Positions 1-12,345 of a DNA stretch of 64,000 nt are shown here, piece by piece (positions within the stretch are counted from its first letter, which is position 1; each line of letters starts with the position of its first letter). The stretch spans positions 13,888,001 through 13,952,000 of the forward strand of contig OZ249450.1 of assembly GCA_965235115.1 (NCBI GenBank), written 5' to 3'. Source of the DNA: Laetmonice hystrix. Lineage: Eukaryota. Under the pieces are notes generated by a model. That model had not been told where the DNA came from and searched no databases. It saw only the letters and a program-made list of their open reading frames with translations. The translations under genes and the position numbers were made by a program.

Positions 1-96
1 TTAATTTCCGGAACGTACATTAAGCGAGCATTAATATCAAACGGGTGTTTATGGCACATCATAAAATAACTGCTCATAATTTATTCATGATTCCAG

Positions 97-3000
97 CGGA
101 AGATTTATTCGAGTGGCCTGCGAATTCACCGGACAATGGACCGTGTGCTTTCGCTGATCCCTCTCTCGGCTGGGTGCCAAGTTCAGACGCATGTTACCAA
201 CTGCGCCCTTACATCTGCGAGTTCAGTAAGCAGCTGACAACCAATCCCATATTTATTGAACTGTTATTTTTTATTTATGCTAATACGTATCAAAATTCTT
301 GCGCTAAAAGTATAATTAACAATGGTTAACCGAATGAGCGGGGAGTACCATTATTATAAGGATTTGGATTTCAATAATTATGATTAGAAATTAGCTTCAT
401 CTTTTCGAGAAAGAAAATGGTCATCATTGTACAGGAGCTCGAATAATGCCCTCTAGATTCTTACCAATATTCTCTCAATTTTTGAGACCTTAACTGTGGA
501 AATGCTACAGATATGATCGCTTTACAATGAGCGTCACCTCTGTGGTATAGGCCTAGGCCTCGATACTCTGTGATGTGAAATAGGCGAGAATGCTGGACGA
601 GGTTTGTCTGTTTACAGCTATACGTCCTAATTTAAATGTGCATTATCATTAAAACATTTCCCCAATCGTCCATCCCCTCAGCTCGCCCCGTCACCGGCTG
701 CCCGGGTACCATGTCCGAGTTTCTCGGTATCAAATGTGTCACTGTGAACACAGCGGCCAAGTCGTGGTACGACGCCTACTCGGCCTGCTCGGGGCAGTCC
801 GGCAAACTGCTCATACTGGATGAGGCGACCACCAACGGCATCGCCACCTTCCTCAACACCAGCCAGCATTCCGAGGTGGAACTGTGGACGGGAATCTCCC
901 GGTACTTGTTCCGCTGGCATAACGGTGCGTATTAGGATAGAGTGCACTTTTCTTGTGCAAGAACCTGCCTGGCAACCAATTTGAGTGATATCACAAATCC
1001 TTTAACTTCGGTGTTCCTCAGGCCGTCATTGTTATTGGCATCAAGGTTAAACCAGTTGACCACACTGAGACAAGTAAAAGACTGCCCACAGACGTACAGA
1101 CATCAACATGATGCATAGGCTTGCTGAATTGCACGTTACAGATCCGATTGGTACCGTGATCGGGGTACATAAGCCTCACTGTACCATTACAGTGATCCAT
1201 TTTATGCATTCTAATTATTGTCATTACATTGTGTGAATTTCTGTACAAAATACATGTACATCGCGATTTAAAGGCCCACTGTGTATACCTTGAACGCCCT
1301 GTCGGAGAGAGTGGCGCCCCCTGGGTATCCGTCCTAAGTCGGTTCTATAAATAACCTACTCCGGTCACGGCCGCCTCGCACGGCCCGGGCTGTTGTGTGC
1401 GTTGTCAGCACCGGGAGTGTACCTCCGCACAGAACATAGTTCCAACGTCATAGAACGGTCAACCGACTTGGGACGGATATCCAGGGGGCGCCACTCTTAT
1501 CGACACGGCATCCAAAGTATACAGTGGTCCTTTAAATCCATCCACTGTGGTTCAGTCACAACTTTCGCGAATTGGGCATAGGCCCTAGTGAGGCAGGTCA
1601 TAAGGAAACCTCGGAGAATAGAAGAGGAACTAATGTTCGGTTGATATAAAAGAGTCCTGGGGCCCGTCTCACTAAGGCTGGTTAAAAACCAGATCGTTAC
1701 ATTAACATAGGAGTGAATGGAAGGCTGCTGGTTACAGCCACCATTCACTGAGCACTATATGTGAGACGGGCCCCCTGACAGTCCCAGATGTTCAGGTCAT
1801 TTATAAGTTCCCAGATCGCTGTTTTTTCTAGGCTGAATGTTTCTATAAGCGTTTTCTAAAATACCCAATGACAATCCCTTTGAAAACTAACAATCAAGAG
1901 TTTTCCTGGCGTGTGTTTTAGATGACGAGTACGTGTACTCGCACTGGGCGCCGGACCAACCCCCGGCGGACATCCCGCCGGGCGAGCAGCGCTGTGTGGC
2001 CGGGCGGGCTGCCGACGGTCGCTGGACCAGCCGGGACTGTACCTCTCCCACAGCCTACGTCTGCCGACTGAGTGAGTGAGAGTCTGTCAACAGCCTATCA
2101 ATATAACGACCCCCATCACCCAAAAACCAAAACACAACAAACAAATAAAATGAAATCAAAATTCGCCTTTTGGTGCAATCGCGTATAGATCTACCGGCAG
2201 TATATTTTTACAATACGCCTTCGTATTCACCCCCGCACACACACACAATGAACACAAAGTATAGAGTCAGCGAAGAGAACAACTCTCGAACCCCTTGCTG
2301 CAAGTCTGTTTTCTCCCAAAAGGTCCAACAATATCCCACCATTTCAAAAAGGTTCACCTTTCTCCCCAAAAAGACCCACGCAATGTAAACTTTGGAAAAA
2401 GATTTAATCTAAAAATCAGACCTATAATTTATAAAGCCAAACTCACAAAGGTGTTAACCTGACGACATATTGCTTGTTGTTTCAACTTCAGCGAGCTTCA
2501 CAACTTCCACGACACAACCTGCCACAACCCCGGGAGCAACTGACGTTACTAGGGGCACAGATCCCCCTGTAATGGGGGCCACCGATCCCCCTGTAATGGG
2601 GGCCACCCGGCCCACAGACAACACAACGACGGCTGCAGGGCTGACTGACCGGGAAAAATACAGTACGTATTGCTATCAAATCACGAGATATAATTACTCG
2701 TTATCTACTCGTTACTAAGACAAATAACATATAACCACATCAAAATCAATACAGCAATTCGCATTATTGCAAAAAAATATCTTATGTCTTTACCAAATCT
2801 TTTTCTTTATTTTATCAGATATTAGGTACGCAGAACATGCTAACATGCCCTCATTCTCCCGCTATAAAAATGGGAGTAAACATGCCCATAATTATTGTTA
2901 ATGAACCAAGCAACAATTATAAGCAGTCACCCAGAACCCGATTGTCTCCCTCTAAATTAACCTACCGTCTACTGGCGAACTACGCGTTGAATTCAGGTCG

Positions 3001-4214
3001 GCCTATATGTCTTGACGTGGTGCATGAAAACTGTGGTCTCTTATTGCAGTTATTGGCGGGTCGGCTGGTGGTGCTGCTTTGTTCGTTATCATCATCGCCA
3101 TCATCATGGCCTGCTGCTGCAAAAGGTAAGCGTGGATTATCAGACGAAGTGCGGCTTAGTGTGTGGATGGGTGAGGATGTGGATGGGATTTTGAAACAAA
3201 AATAAAAGAAAATAACCTATAACTAGACCAATGTCGATACGAGTGTGGAGGCCTTCATATGTAGGCCCATGTAAGAAAAAACATCAGCTTTGGAAATCTA
3301 TCTCTGTGCCGCCATCTATTGTTTTAGATGGGTAGGCCTACTAACGTACAAGCAAGCGACCTCTGGTGGAAGTTTGGCCCTTGAAAATTTACGAGCGCCA
3401 TCTAGCGATTTATAGTTCCACTAATTGCTGGAGGCCTGCCCCAACATTCAAACATTTGGCATAATGATAAGCCTGGGCCTTAAAATCTATGTCTGTGTGA
3501 ATAATTGTCACTGACGTTGGAAATTCTGTTTTATCGTTTCATATTCAGCAATTCCAAATTTTCAGTCTGCCCCCATACACTCCTCTAAAACATGCAAAAC
3601 CCAGCAATCTCGTGCGCCTCTCACGGCGATTTGAATTTAGATATCTTATTCTTACTCGATCATCGATGTTGCAGTTCTATGTTTTCCATAATTCTAACAC
3701 ACATACCTTCCACAGGAAGTACCAGGAGAAGCTCCGGGCGTCCCAAACGGCTGCCGTTCTCGACGACTATCTCCGCCAGGGTGAAGACGAACCCGCAACA
3801 CCGGAACCCTACGTGAACGTCGGCTTCAACTCGCCCGATGTTGTCCACATCCCGCGACCTCGCCTTGACGATCGCCACGAGGCCGACGATCGCGCCCGGA
3901 ACTTGCCGAAAACCGACAACCGTCGTTTCATGCCGGAACTTTATTTGCATGGCAGCCCCGGCAACGACGGAGATTCAACCCCTCGGGAATATGACAGATC
4001 TAAAAATCATTACCAGAACTCGCGTTTTGACCCCGTGGGGAGCAATTCCTCGCTGCAAAGGCGTGAACAACGACCCCAGCAGTACGATTACGGAAGTACG
4101 CCGTCGCTAACGCCATCTACCGACCGCGCTTATCAATTCGTACGAAACGACCACCCGGAATACGAATCTGTGGTTAACGAGTTACACGTCCACACGGGTT
4201 ACCCACCCAGGTGA
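97..4214 (+). CDS. C-type lectin domain type-I transmembrane receptor, 3' part (5' end lies outside the window)
   Basis: Exons 97-225, 682-924, 1922-2071, 2492-2662, 3050-3125 and 3716-4214 join in frame at GT-AG sites. They encode the end of one CTLD (W...CAFAD...C...YICEF), a full CTLD (C...KSWYDAYSAC...LWTG...YSHWAPDQP...CV...W...C...YVC), a Thr/Pro stalk, a TM helix IIGGSAGGAALFVIIIAIIMACCC followed by KRK, and a ~165-aa cytoplasmic tail. Confidence 0.85.
1272..1531. mobile_element. Kolobok-like MITE in a lectin-gene intron
   Basis: ~70-bp imperfect TIRs (AGGCCCACTGTGTATAC...GTCGGTT vs AACCGAC...GTATACAGTGGTCCT). AGG...CCT termini are flanked by TTAA on both sides (1268-1271, 1532-1535). 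Confidence 0.75.
1660..1773. mobile_element. Short Harbinger-like MITE
   Basis: TIR GGGCCCGTCTCAC / GTGAGACGGGCCC, with CCTG flanking both ends. Confidence 0.55.
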
Positions 4215-7200
4215 GCCAAAACACCGCCTAGAATCATTTAGCACCCAGGACGAGACAGAGATGGTCAAGTGAAGAATACCTCAATGCTATTTGACCCGGT
4301 AGGTTTCTTCAGTGTCTTGTCATCAAGGCTGTTTTTTCACAAGCCTAGCAATGGCTAGGCCCATAGGTCTAGGCCTACATGTTCGGATACGGTAAGCCCC
4401 TCTACAACTCAATCTAACTCTAACTCCATCGTCCATAATGGACTCTACAAACTATCTGTGATAGAAAATATAAAGAATTCACGAGACCGGAGTTACATAT
4501 TGAGGAGGGGTCACTGCATAGTGTCAATAGCTATGCCTAAATCGGCCCATTAGGCCTACTCAATACTTGATTGACACAGGAAATGTCAAATGGGGCAGAG
4601 GTGAAGATTCCCGTACCATGGCCATAGAAGGCGATAACATGTTTTAGATTTCGTCATTTCAGGGGTGTTTGAAGATTGGAGGGGGGGGGGGGTAATCGGG
4701 CGACGGAGCCTGAAGTTATAGTGGGCCAAGTATCATCAGTCAGTCGTTCACTAGAGAGCACCAAGTACCCCGGTAATATTGGGGGCTGGCCCCTGTCACC
4801 CTCTTGAGAGCCTCCATGGTGTGCCATGGCATGAGTACAATTAAAAGACAATATAAAAGGATTGAAAATGGTATGACAATAATATTGGAGCCTGATTTTG
4901 TAGTGCTGTCTACAGACTTTAGGTACTTTTGTCAGGACGTGTATTCAATAACTGCTGAAATTTTTTTTTTTATGACAAATGAATCTTACGTGTATCTCTA
5001 TACCATGTGTTAATGATACCTGTTACTGGAATAATATTCTTGTCTGTACCTTTGAAAATATCTGTTCATGTAAATCTAGACTTCAGGAGAAAAGCACATT
5101 GCAGCGATGATGTCTGAGGTATTACATCATTTCAAATATTATTTATTGTCACTGTGGTAAATTAAGCTGAAAGTATGGTTTCACTGTGAAAAAAAGTCAT
5201 TAGATTGTATGATATCTAAAAACTGGAGAAAATTGTCTGGCAGTGTGGGTCAAGCAACCGTTATTAGGCACTATTCATTTGCCCTACTGCAAACACAGGA
5301 ACTGCTAGAGTAATTGGTTGAAAGCACAGAAAGCCAAATGTTTATAAGCTTTCATAAGAGATTTTTCCAGAACAACATTTTTACAACTTGAAGGTGGGAG
5401 GGTATGGGGGGAGTCTCAGAGTAGGGATTGTGAAAAAAATAAGACAAGAAATTCTGGAAGGGAGTAACCGATTTGGGGAGGGTCCCCCCCCCCCTCACTC
5501 CGCCAACAAAATGGGCCTGCAGGAAGTCAGGCATACATAGCATGTGTCATGCAATGCGTTATATAATGCATGTTTTATATGAAAGCAGCAGCATACAGTT
5601 TTAAATATATAAACACCATTCTATTCGACGAGCTCATCTAGGGCTAGGGATCTGTGCCTGGGCAGTAAGCCCAAATGTATTTGAGGGCCAGTCTGAATAA
5701 GAACTCTGAAGCATCTTGTCTTTGCCCTGTAGGAAGTTTCAATGTGTGTATTGTAGTTTCAACTGTAATCATAGGCCTCCATTTACGTCATTTTCAATGG
5801 CTCCAACATGACCAGCTGGTATGGTCAAGTTTACGCCACCTGGCGGGATAAATTATAACCAATTATAACCATGCAGCGCCTCCACCTGCGTTCACAGTGA
5901 ACATAAAGTATACACATTCATACATATATGCCGGAATGAAATCCCTAAATGGGAGAGAGCGGGTATATTTTCATGAATATCCAATATCTTTATTACTCAT
6001 AACATAACTCATTTGTCGTTCATGGCTATCTACAATCTAAAGAATTGCTAAGCATTTGCAATTCACAATGCTGTATCCGCTTGAGCTCCGACGATACTAC
6101 CCCCTTGTAAAACGAAATCTATAGACACGGAAAGATCTGACAAAGACTCCAAGGCACTGTCTTGCGCTATATTACGCAGACAAGAAACATAAAAGAGGAC
6201 ACGTATTTAAGATGTCCAGTACAAGGAATGGGAGGTAGTGTCAGGCTTGCCTATGACGTTTACGGTTTTCGCTAAAACCTTATCATTTTGTATACAATTC
6301 AACAGGACGAAATATCTTCACCTCGAGCCAAGCAAAAGGAGGTTCAAAGGTAACTAACTACTCCCTCTCTTTCATCTCTAATCATTTTGTCATCATTTTG
6401 CTTATTGTCAGTTCTTATTACTTTTCATATAAATTGAAAGCTACGCACGTGGGAAGGTAATGTGAGATTTTGAGATCCTGAGAAAGATCTTGCCTCAGAC
6501 CTGTACGGGATTGTATTTATTTAATTCCACATTGAGATAATAATGGAGTAACGCAGCTTCGTTTAACTTATACATATGTTAAGGGGGTTATCATCGTCAT
6601 GTGTACAATAATGTTTGCTAGCATACAGTGTCCGAGTCCTGCCGATTTATATTTTATACGAAATTCTTGTACTTATTCTTCTACTATGCAAGGTAAACAT
6701 TAGTCGGGGGCAAAGAATGCCTGATATCACCGAAGCCTTTAAACAAAGTGATTAAAACGACTTCGAAAAAGAATTTTTGTTGGTTTCTAACTCTTTTCTT
6801 CTAGATTACGGATTGAAAAGGGTTTGATTCTTTGCAAAGCCTATTTGTTCCCTATGTCTCATGTGACCATGATGCAGTAAATGGCAAGGCAGCGTACGTG
6901 ATTCACAGATGAGAGTTTCTTGTGTTGAGGTGACGAGTAAATGATGTTTTAGGGGGAGGGGAGTTACAGAGTCTCACGCCGTAACTGTCCGTTCGTGGCA
7001 CGAATTGAGTATCAAGTTTCAACAGATACTGAATATGATAAAAAAAGACATGACGGTTCTGATAACCTGGTCTGTTTCAAACAAATATGGGACCGATTGG
7101 AACATTTTTATCGTATCTCCACTCGCCCTCATTAGATTTAACGTCTGAATTCAAACATACACTGACAATATAGGCATGCTTGACGAAGGATTGTAGAAGG

Positions 7201-7389
7201 ATGTTCCACAAAGATTAGAAAACAAAGCCTTTACTTTAAGTTATAACGCAGGCCCTTAAAATAACAAAAAGGAAAATCCAAACGGCCCCCGATTTTTTTG
7301 TCAATTCGGAAACAGGATCATCGTGTTTTTATCTTTTATGCCAGCGTCCATTTGCTATATGTCTGTCAGTTGTAAGTTGTTGCCCGACA

Positions 7390-8738
7390 TTATTTATTCC
7401 TCCCACCGACCCGCATTCGGCCCGGGTAACCGGCCCGGGTCGGCTGTGCGGCCGCCGGTGAGGTCGGCCCGGCACTCGGCGTCTTGGGAGTCGGCGTGGT
7501 GGGCGTCGTGGTCGCCTTCTCCTCCTCGTCCTTCTCCTTGGCGCCGTGTTTCAGGGCGCGGGTAAATTCCATGTAGTCAAAGAAGCCGGCGTTGATTGGA
7601 GCTCCGTGTAACAATTCGTCTACCATCTCGTCAGTCCAGCGTTCACCCATTGACGTCATCAACTCGCGAAGGTACTCCTCATGGAGTTGTCCTGAGACAT
7701 AAAGTTACTTTTTCTAGCAAATTAAAGGCGTCGAGAATAAAATAACTAAAACGGTGGTATAGCATTCGTTCGTTAGTATTTCTTAGCTTATTGTTTTTTC
7801 GTTTGAAAACTAATGTAATACATGTAAATAGTGTGGCCCTATTGTCTCTATCTGAGCGGACATTTTAAACTGGTAACAGAACGAAAGAATAACATATCTG
7901 AAGAAATATTTATATGATGTAATACACGCAAGGAAAGACATAAATTATTCAGGTGTTAAAATCCCAGTATGATGCCAACGTCATTTCTAGAGAAGTAGGC
8001 CTATAGACGCAAGAAACACGTATCACTGTTAAATGGACATGTAAATCTAGGGGTTATCCACAGCAGCTAAAGGTGGTATCCAGTAGGCCTACCTTGGCTG
8101 AACCATAGAAATTGTATACGCACCTGTTTGACGCGGGTCGAAGCAAGCAAACGCGTTCTTTATGACGTCCTCTGGGTCCGTGCCATTGAGTTTCTCGCCG
8201 AATAATGTGAGAAACATTGTGAAATTGATGGGTCCTGGCGCCTCCCCAATCATCTGATCGAGGTAGGCCCCAGTCGGGTCTTTACCTAGTGACGTCAGCA
8301 TCTCAATCAGATCCTCCCGGTCGATAAATCCATCGCGGTTCTGATCGATCATATTGAATGCTTCCTGGGGGGGGGGGAAATATATGAAGGGGGAATTGTG
8401 AAGGGAAAGATATGCCTATCGATAGTGGAACAAATGATTGATTTAGTACACAGATTCCTTTAGGTATACTTTTTTTTAATTTCAGGAATTTATGAGCACC
8501 TGCTTTTTAAGCATCAACGTTTGTTAACATAAAACTATCTCACGAAATGTCACAGCATTATATATATACTGTACGGTTATTTTTTTCGTGTGACTTAGCC
8601 GTATTACTACAGAATATCTTTAAAATTAATACAAACCTTGAATTCTTGTATTTGCGCTTGATTGAACATTGAAAACACATTAGATGTGTATCGATGTGTG
8701 CGCGTCCGCGCCTTTTTCTTGGCCTTGGCTGACGACAT
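7390..8738 (-). CDS. sqh: Myosin regulatory light chain, non-muscle (sqh/MYL12) type, with C-terminal extension
   Basis: Exons 8738-8637, 8364-8124 and 7691-7390 join in frame: [52 protein letters not shown]...[16 protein letters not shown]...[21 protein letters not shown]-hand 1 is canonical and the Thr-Ser phosphosite is retained. Confidence 0.93.
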
Positions 8739-10326
8739 CTTAGGGCTTCTGAAAACAGACGGTAGGGGGCAGCTGCGTCACTCTGTAATAACTCGATGAA
8801 TGAGGCTTAAAAAAAAAATTGGGACTTAAGATGGCACGTGTTCCTCAGCCGCGCATTCATGCATTTATCAGTCAAAGAGGCCTAAGGTCTTGAGTCTCAA
8901 TCGAAATAATCTAAAAGGCATTTATGTAAATTATCTGCTCTTCGTTAAAAACAACTACATTTTCTATGTCAACAGCCAGTGAAACGTCCCTTTTTAACAA
9001 GTATTTTTACTTTTTTAAGGAAGAACGCTTTTGAAATAGTGTCTCTGAAAATGTAACAGATTTTATTATCGTCAGGCATGAAGAGATTTCGTATAAATAA
9101 TGTAATTGTAAATAAGAACACAAAGTTCAAAATGCCTAACGTCAGTTATCTGTGGGTATAGAAAAAATCAAACATGCTGTCTATAAGCAAAAAGATTAAA
9201 CGAATAAATTATACGGGTCTTCCCAAAAGATGTTAGTTTTTTTAAAACAATTGGAAACATAAATTCATTTTAATTGTTGTCTTGACGAAAACAATAAAAT
9301 GAACAGGCAAAGATCACAAAAATCAAAGGTTAAAGTACGGGTAAAGCTTATAAACACAGTATACACCAAATGTGTATACTTAAAATGTAGACCCTTTCCA
9401 TTGACGGATCAAGACATTACTCTTTTTTTATTACCCTGATAAATAACTGATGTAACCCCAAACTCCTATATATTGAACGATTTCAATAATGAGGAATTAT
9501 AATGTTTAGATATTCTTCTCGCCCCCACCCAAACACAAGCAATCACACTCTCGCAAAATTTACTGCATGTTAACAATGCAGTTTAATTACATGATATTAC
9601 TAGCATGGAAAAATAAAAGTAGCAACTTCTACTTTCAAGAGCATCACTCGGTATTATTATCTGAAAGTCTAACCAGCAGAGGCATATAAAATCTTTTAAA
9701 GTTTTGATTAAATACCTGGGTCGGGATATGGGTAGGAAAATCCACAAAAGGATCAAGCATTGGAAAACAAAATAGAGTGGGTCTATATACTTGCAAGCGC
9801 TATAGTCGATAGCAGTGCCACCTATTGAGCGAGATGATAACTTGTCCATGGCGGAGCTACACAGACGGGTACAAAAAACTCAGTTGTAATAATGCAGATA
9901 GAAATTATAAATGTAACTCTGCAGTTATCAAAAAGTAATTCTGATTGTATAGAGTGGAATAATGGAGCTCTTATACCTTTTGGGCGGATCTAGGTATAGG
10001 CAGACATTACAATTCTAAAGGCCTAGGCCTATGTTCTAAAAGTCTTAGGCCGAGGCCGATAGAATCTATGAGATATCCTGGCAGTCTTCTTCCTGTCACG
10101 ATTAGGGCTACATCCTCCACCGGGAATTATTCATGTCAGATGTTACTTGCTGAACTTATCCTATGTCAGACTGGGCGACTTGGTCTCTACCTACTAGGCT
10201 ATATTAGGTTAACGTTTAACCTAGGGGAATGTGTGAAAGACATGCACACTTTATTGTACATGCTTACTAAGAACGACGATGAACTAGCAGGCCTACATCT
10301 TAAGGAAGCTGTGAATTAAAGAAAAC

Positions 10327-10737
10327 CATAGTTGCCAACAACTCTACCGCTTTGAGCGGTATAGAATACCATGCCTTTTTCAATCTCTGATGTTGCCTAC
10401 CGTATCGAGGATTCTGATTACTAAAAATCTACCGCTTTTGTCATTTTGTTTGAGTCAGAGCCTGTAGTATAAGCTAGCCGATATAGCAATGCCGTGTTCC
10501 GCACTTTTCGTTTTGTCTAGTCCTACACGGAGCAAATTGTGTTTTATACAAAAAGTTAATTAAGTTGAGCTTTTAGAGCTTGAAGTCTTGAAGCTGTTAA
10601 ATAAATGTTAAAAATGGACCTTTTGATTAAATTTTGAGAACTTGATTTTCACCCTACGTTGCAGGAGAAAGCATGATTTGCACTTTATTTTTCAAAATTG
10701 ATTGTGCCTTCAGCACACAGTCACGTTGTTGGCAATG
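10327..10737. mobile_element. hAT-like non-autonomous element, copy A
   Basis: Starts CATAGTTGCCAAC and ends GTTGGCAATG. Internal blocks align in direct orientation with 11701-12345. Confidence 0.55.
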
Positions 10738-11239
10738 ATAGCCTACTAGTACTAGGCTATATGCCTATGTCAACCCCGTCATTTCTATAGATGTAGGCCT
10801 GCATCTAATTATATATGCAAATTGGGACTAATAATATGCAAAATTTGAAATTGCCTCACGCAGATTCTGAATCTACTTGGCCCTACTTGTCAACCAGTCG
10901 CGGATGAGTCCTTTGGATAATGATGGTCTTTCGAGCAACAACGGCAACGCGCCACACGGTCGAGATGCGGCAGCGCCTACTGGCGGGAATTTTGTTAACT
11001 ATGGTCGAGTTCGCCAAAACACACACGTGTAAATATTGGATTGGCTGGAGATTCTCTTGCAATCTGTAACACTAATAAAACGTTATGATCATTTCTACCA
11101 ATACCTTATCCCTGCTTGATATACGATAATGATGTTTTTGTTCGTTGTTATTGATGTTTGAAGTGCCGAAGCGCAGCGCAAGACGGTCCTTTGACAGCCG
11201 ACAGTAGCGCCACTGGCGGGAACTGATGGCACTAAATAG

Positions 11240-11320
11240 GGTGCTGCCATCTAGCGTTTTGACTCTAAACTAATATTGACGTGATTTAGTTCTAAGTCAA
11301 AACGATAGATGGCAGCATCC
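11240..11320. repeat. ~80-bp hairpin or mini-MITE with CTCF-like motifs in both arms
   Basis: GCTGCCATCTAGCGTTTTGACT pairs with AGTCAAAACGATAGATGGCAGC. A related arm occurs near 40825-40845. Confidence 0.6.
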
Positions 11321-11700
11321 TTTTCCGTGCCATCTAGCGGGATTTATGAAACTAATCACGATTCACCGGCAGCGGGGGAACTTCGCTTCAGTTCGGCGCT
11401 TCAAACGTTCATAGCGACGAACGAAATAGGGCCTAATGATCGATTACCGCGTGCCAAGAAGGAGTTAAAAAGTCAAAGGCTGGAATGATGATTGGATTTC
11501 CTGTAGATTCTAAGTGAATTGTCAAACGAATCGTGTTAAACGTGTCTTGTAAAATAATTTCAGCTTTCTAGGTTACATAAAAGTGCCGCCAGAGGCGCTG
11601 CTGTGTATTGACCGGTCCGATAACGGGTGGCACGTTGGTGGTGTGGGCGGGGCCTACCAAAACCTCTCACCAGTGGCTGCAGGAAGTCCGAAGAGTATAG

Positions 11701-12345
11701 CATAGTTGCCAACTCTGCCGTATTCGGCGGTAGAATACCGTTTTTCAAGTTCTGATGCCAAATACCGCATCAAGGGTTCTGATTAGGCCTATATTAAAAC
11801 TCTACCGCTTTTGTCATTTTGTTCCGTAGGCCTAGTGGAGCAGCAGGGACGTAGGCCTATAATGTAATGGCAGTCCATCGAGGGTCAGGCGCGGATCCGG
11901 GGGGGGGGGGGTCTGGGGGCACGTGGCCCTTTTTTCCAATATGATTCCAACTGTGCCCCCCCCCCCCCCACCAGGCCACCCCATTCTGACTGTGCCCCCC
12001 TTAGAACATTCCTGAATCCACCCCTGAGGGTCGCCACAATATTGTTGCAGTTGTCGTTAGGCGTATTACACCGAACGCCTAGGGTTTTATGACCGAAAAC
12101 GGGAGTCCGGACCCCCTGAACCCCCGGACCCACCCCTGCTGGAGCTGGAAGTCTTGAAGCTTTTAAATAAATGCTTTAAAATTGACTTTTTTTTCTGAAT
12201 TTTGAGACCTTGATTTTCATCCTAGATTGCAGGATGTATGGTTTGCACTTTAGTTTTCACAATTTTTAGGGGGAGCCTCATGATGGCCAGAAAAAGATCT
12301 ATATGCCCTATACCCCATTTCCCCTGTCACATGTTGGCAACTATG
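11701..12345. mobile_element. hAT-like non-autonomous element, copy B, with a nested poly-G MITE
   Basis: Perfect 13-bp TIR CATAGTTGCCAAC / GTTGGCAACTATG. Homologous to 10327-10737 except for an insert at ~11885-12139. No TSD seen. Confidence 0.6.
11885..12139. mobile_element. Poly-G/poly-C 'GCGGATCC' MITE family member
   Basis: CAGGCGCGGATCCGGGG... to ...GGACCCACCCCTG. Similar ends occur near 18792-18980, 25112-25233, 39545-40110 and 52772. Confidence 0.5.
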
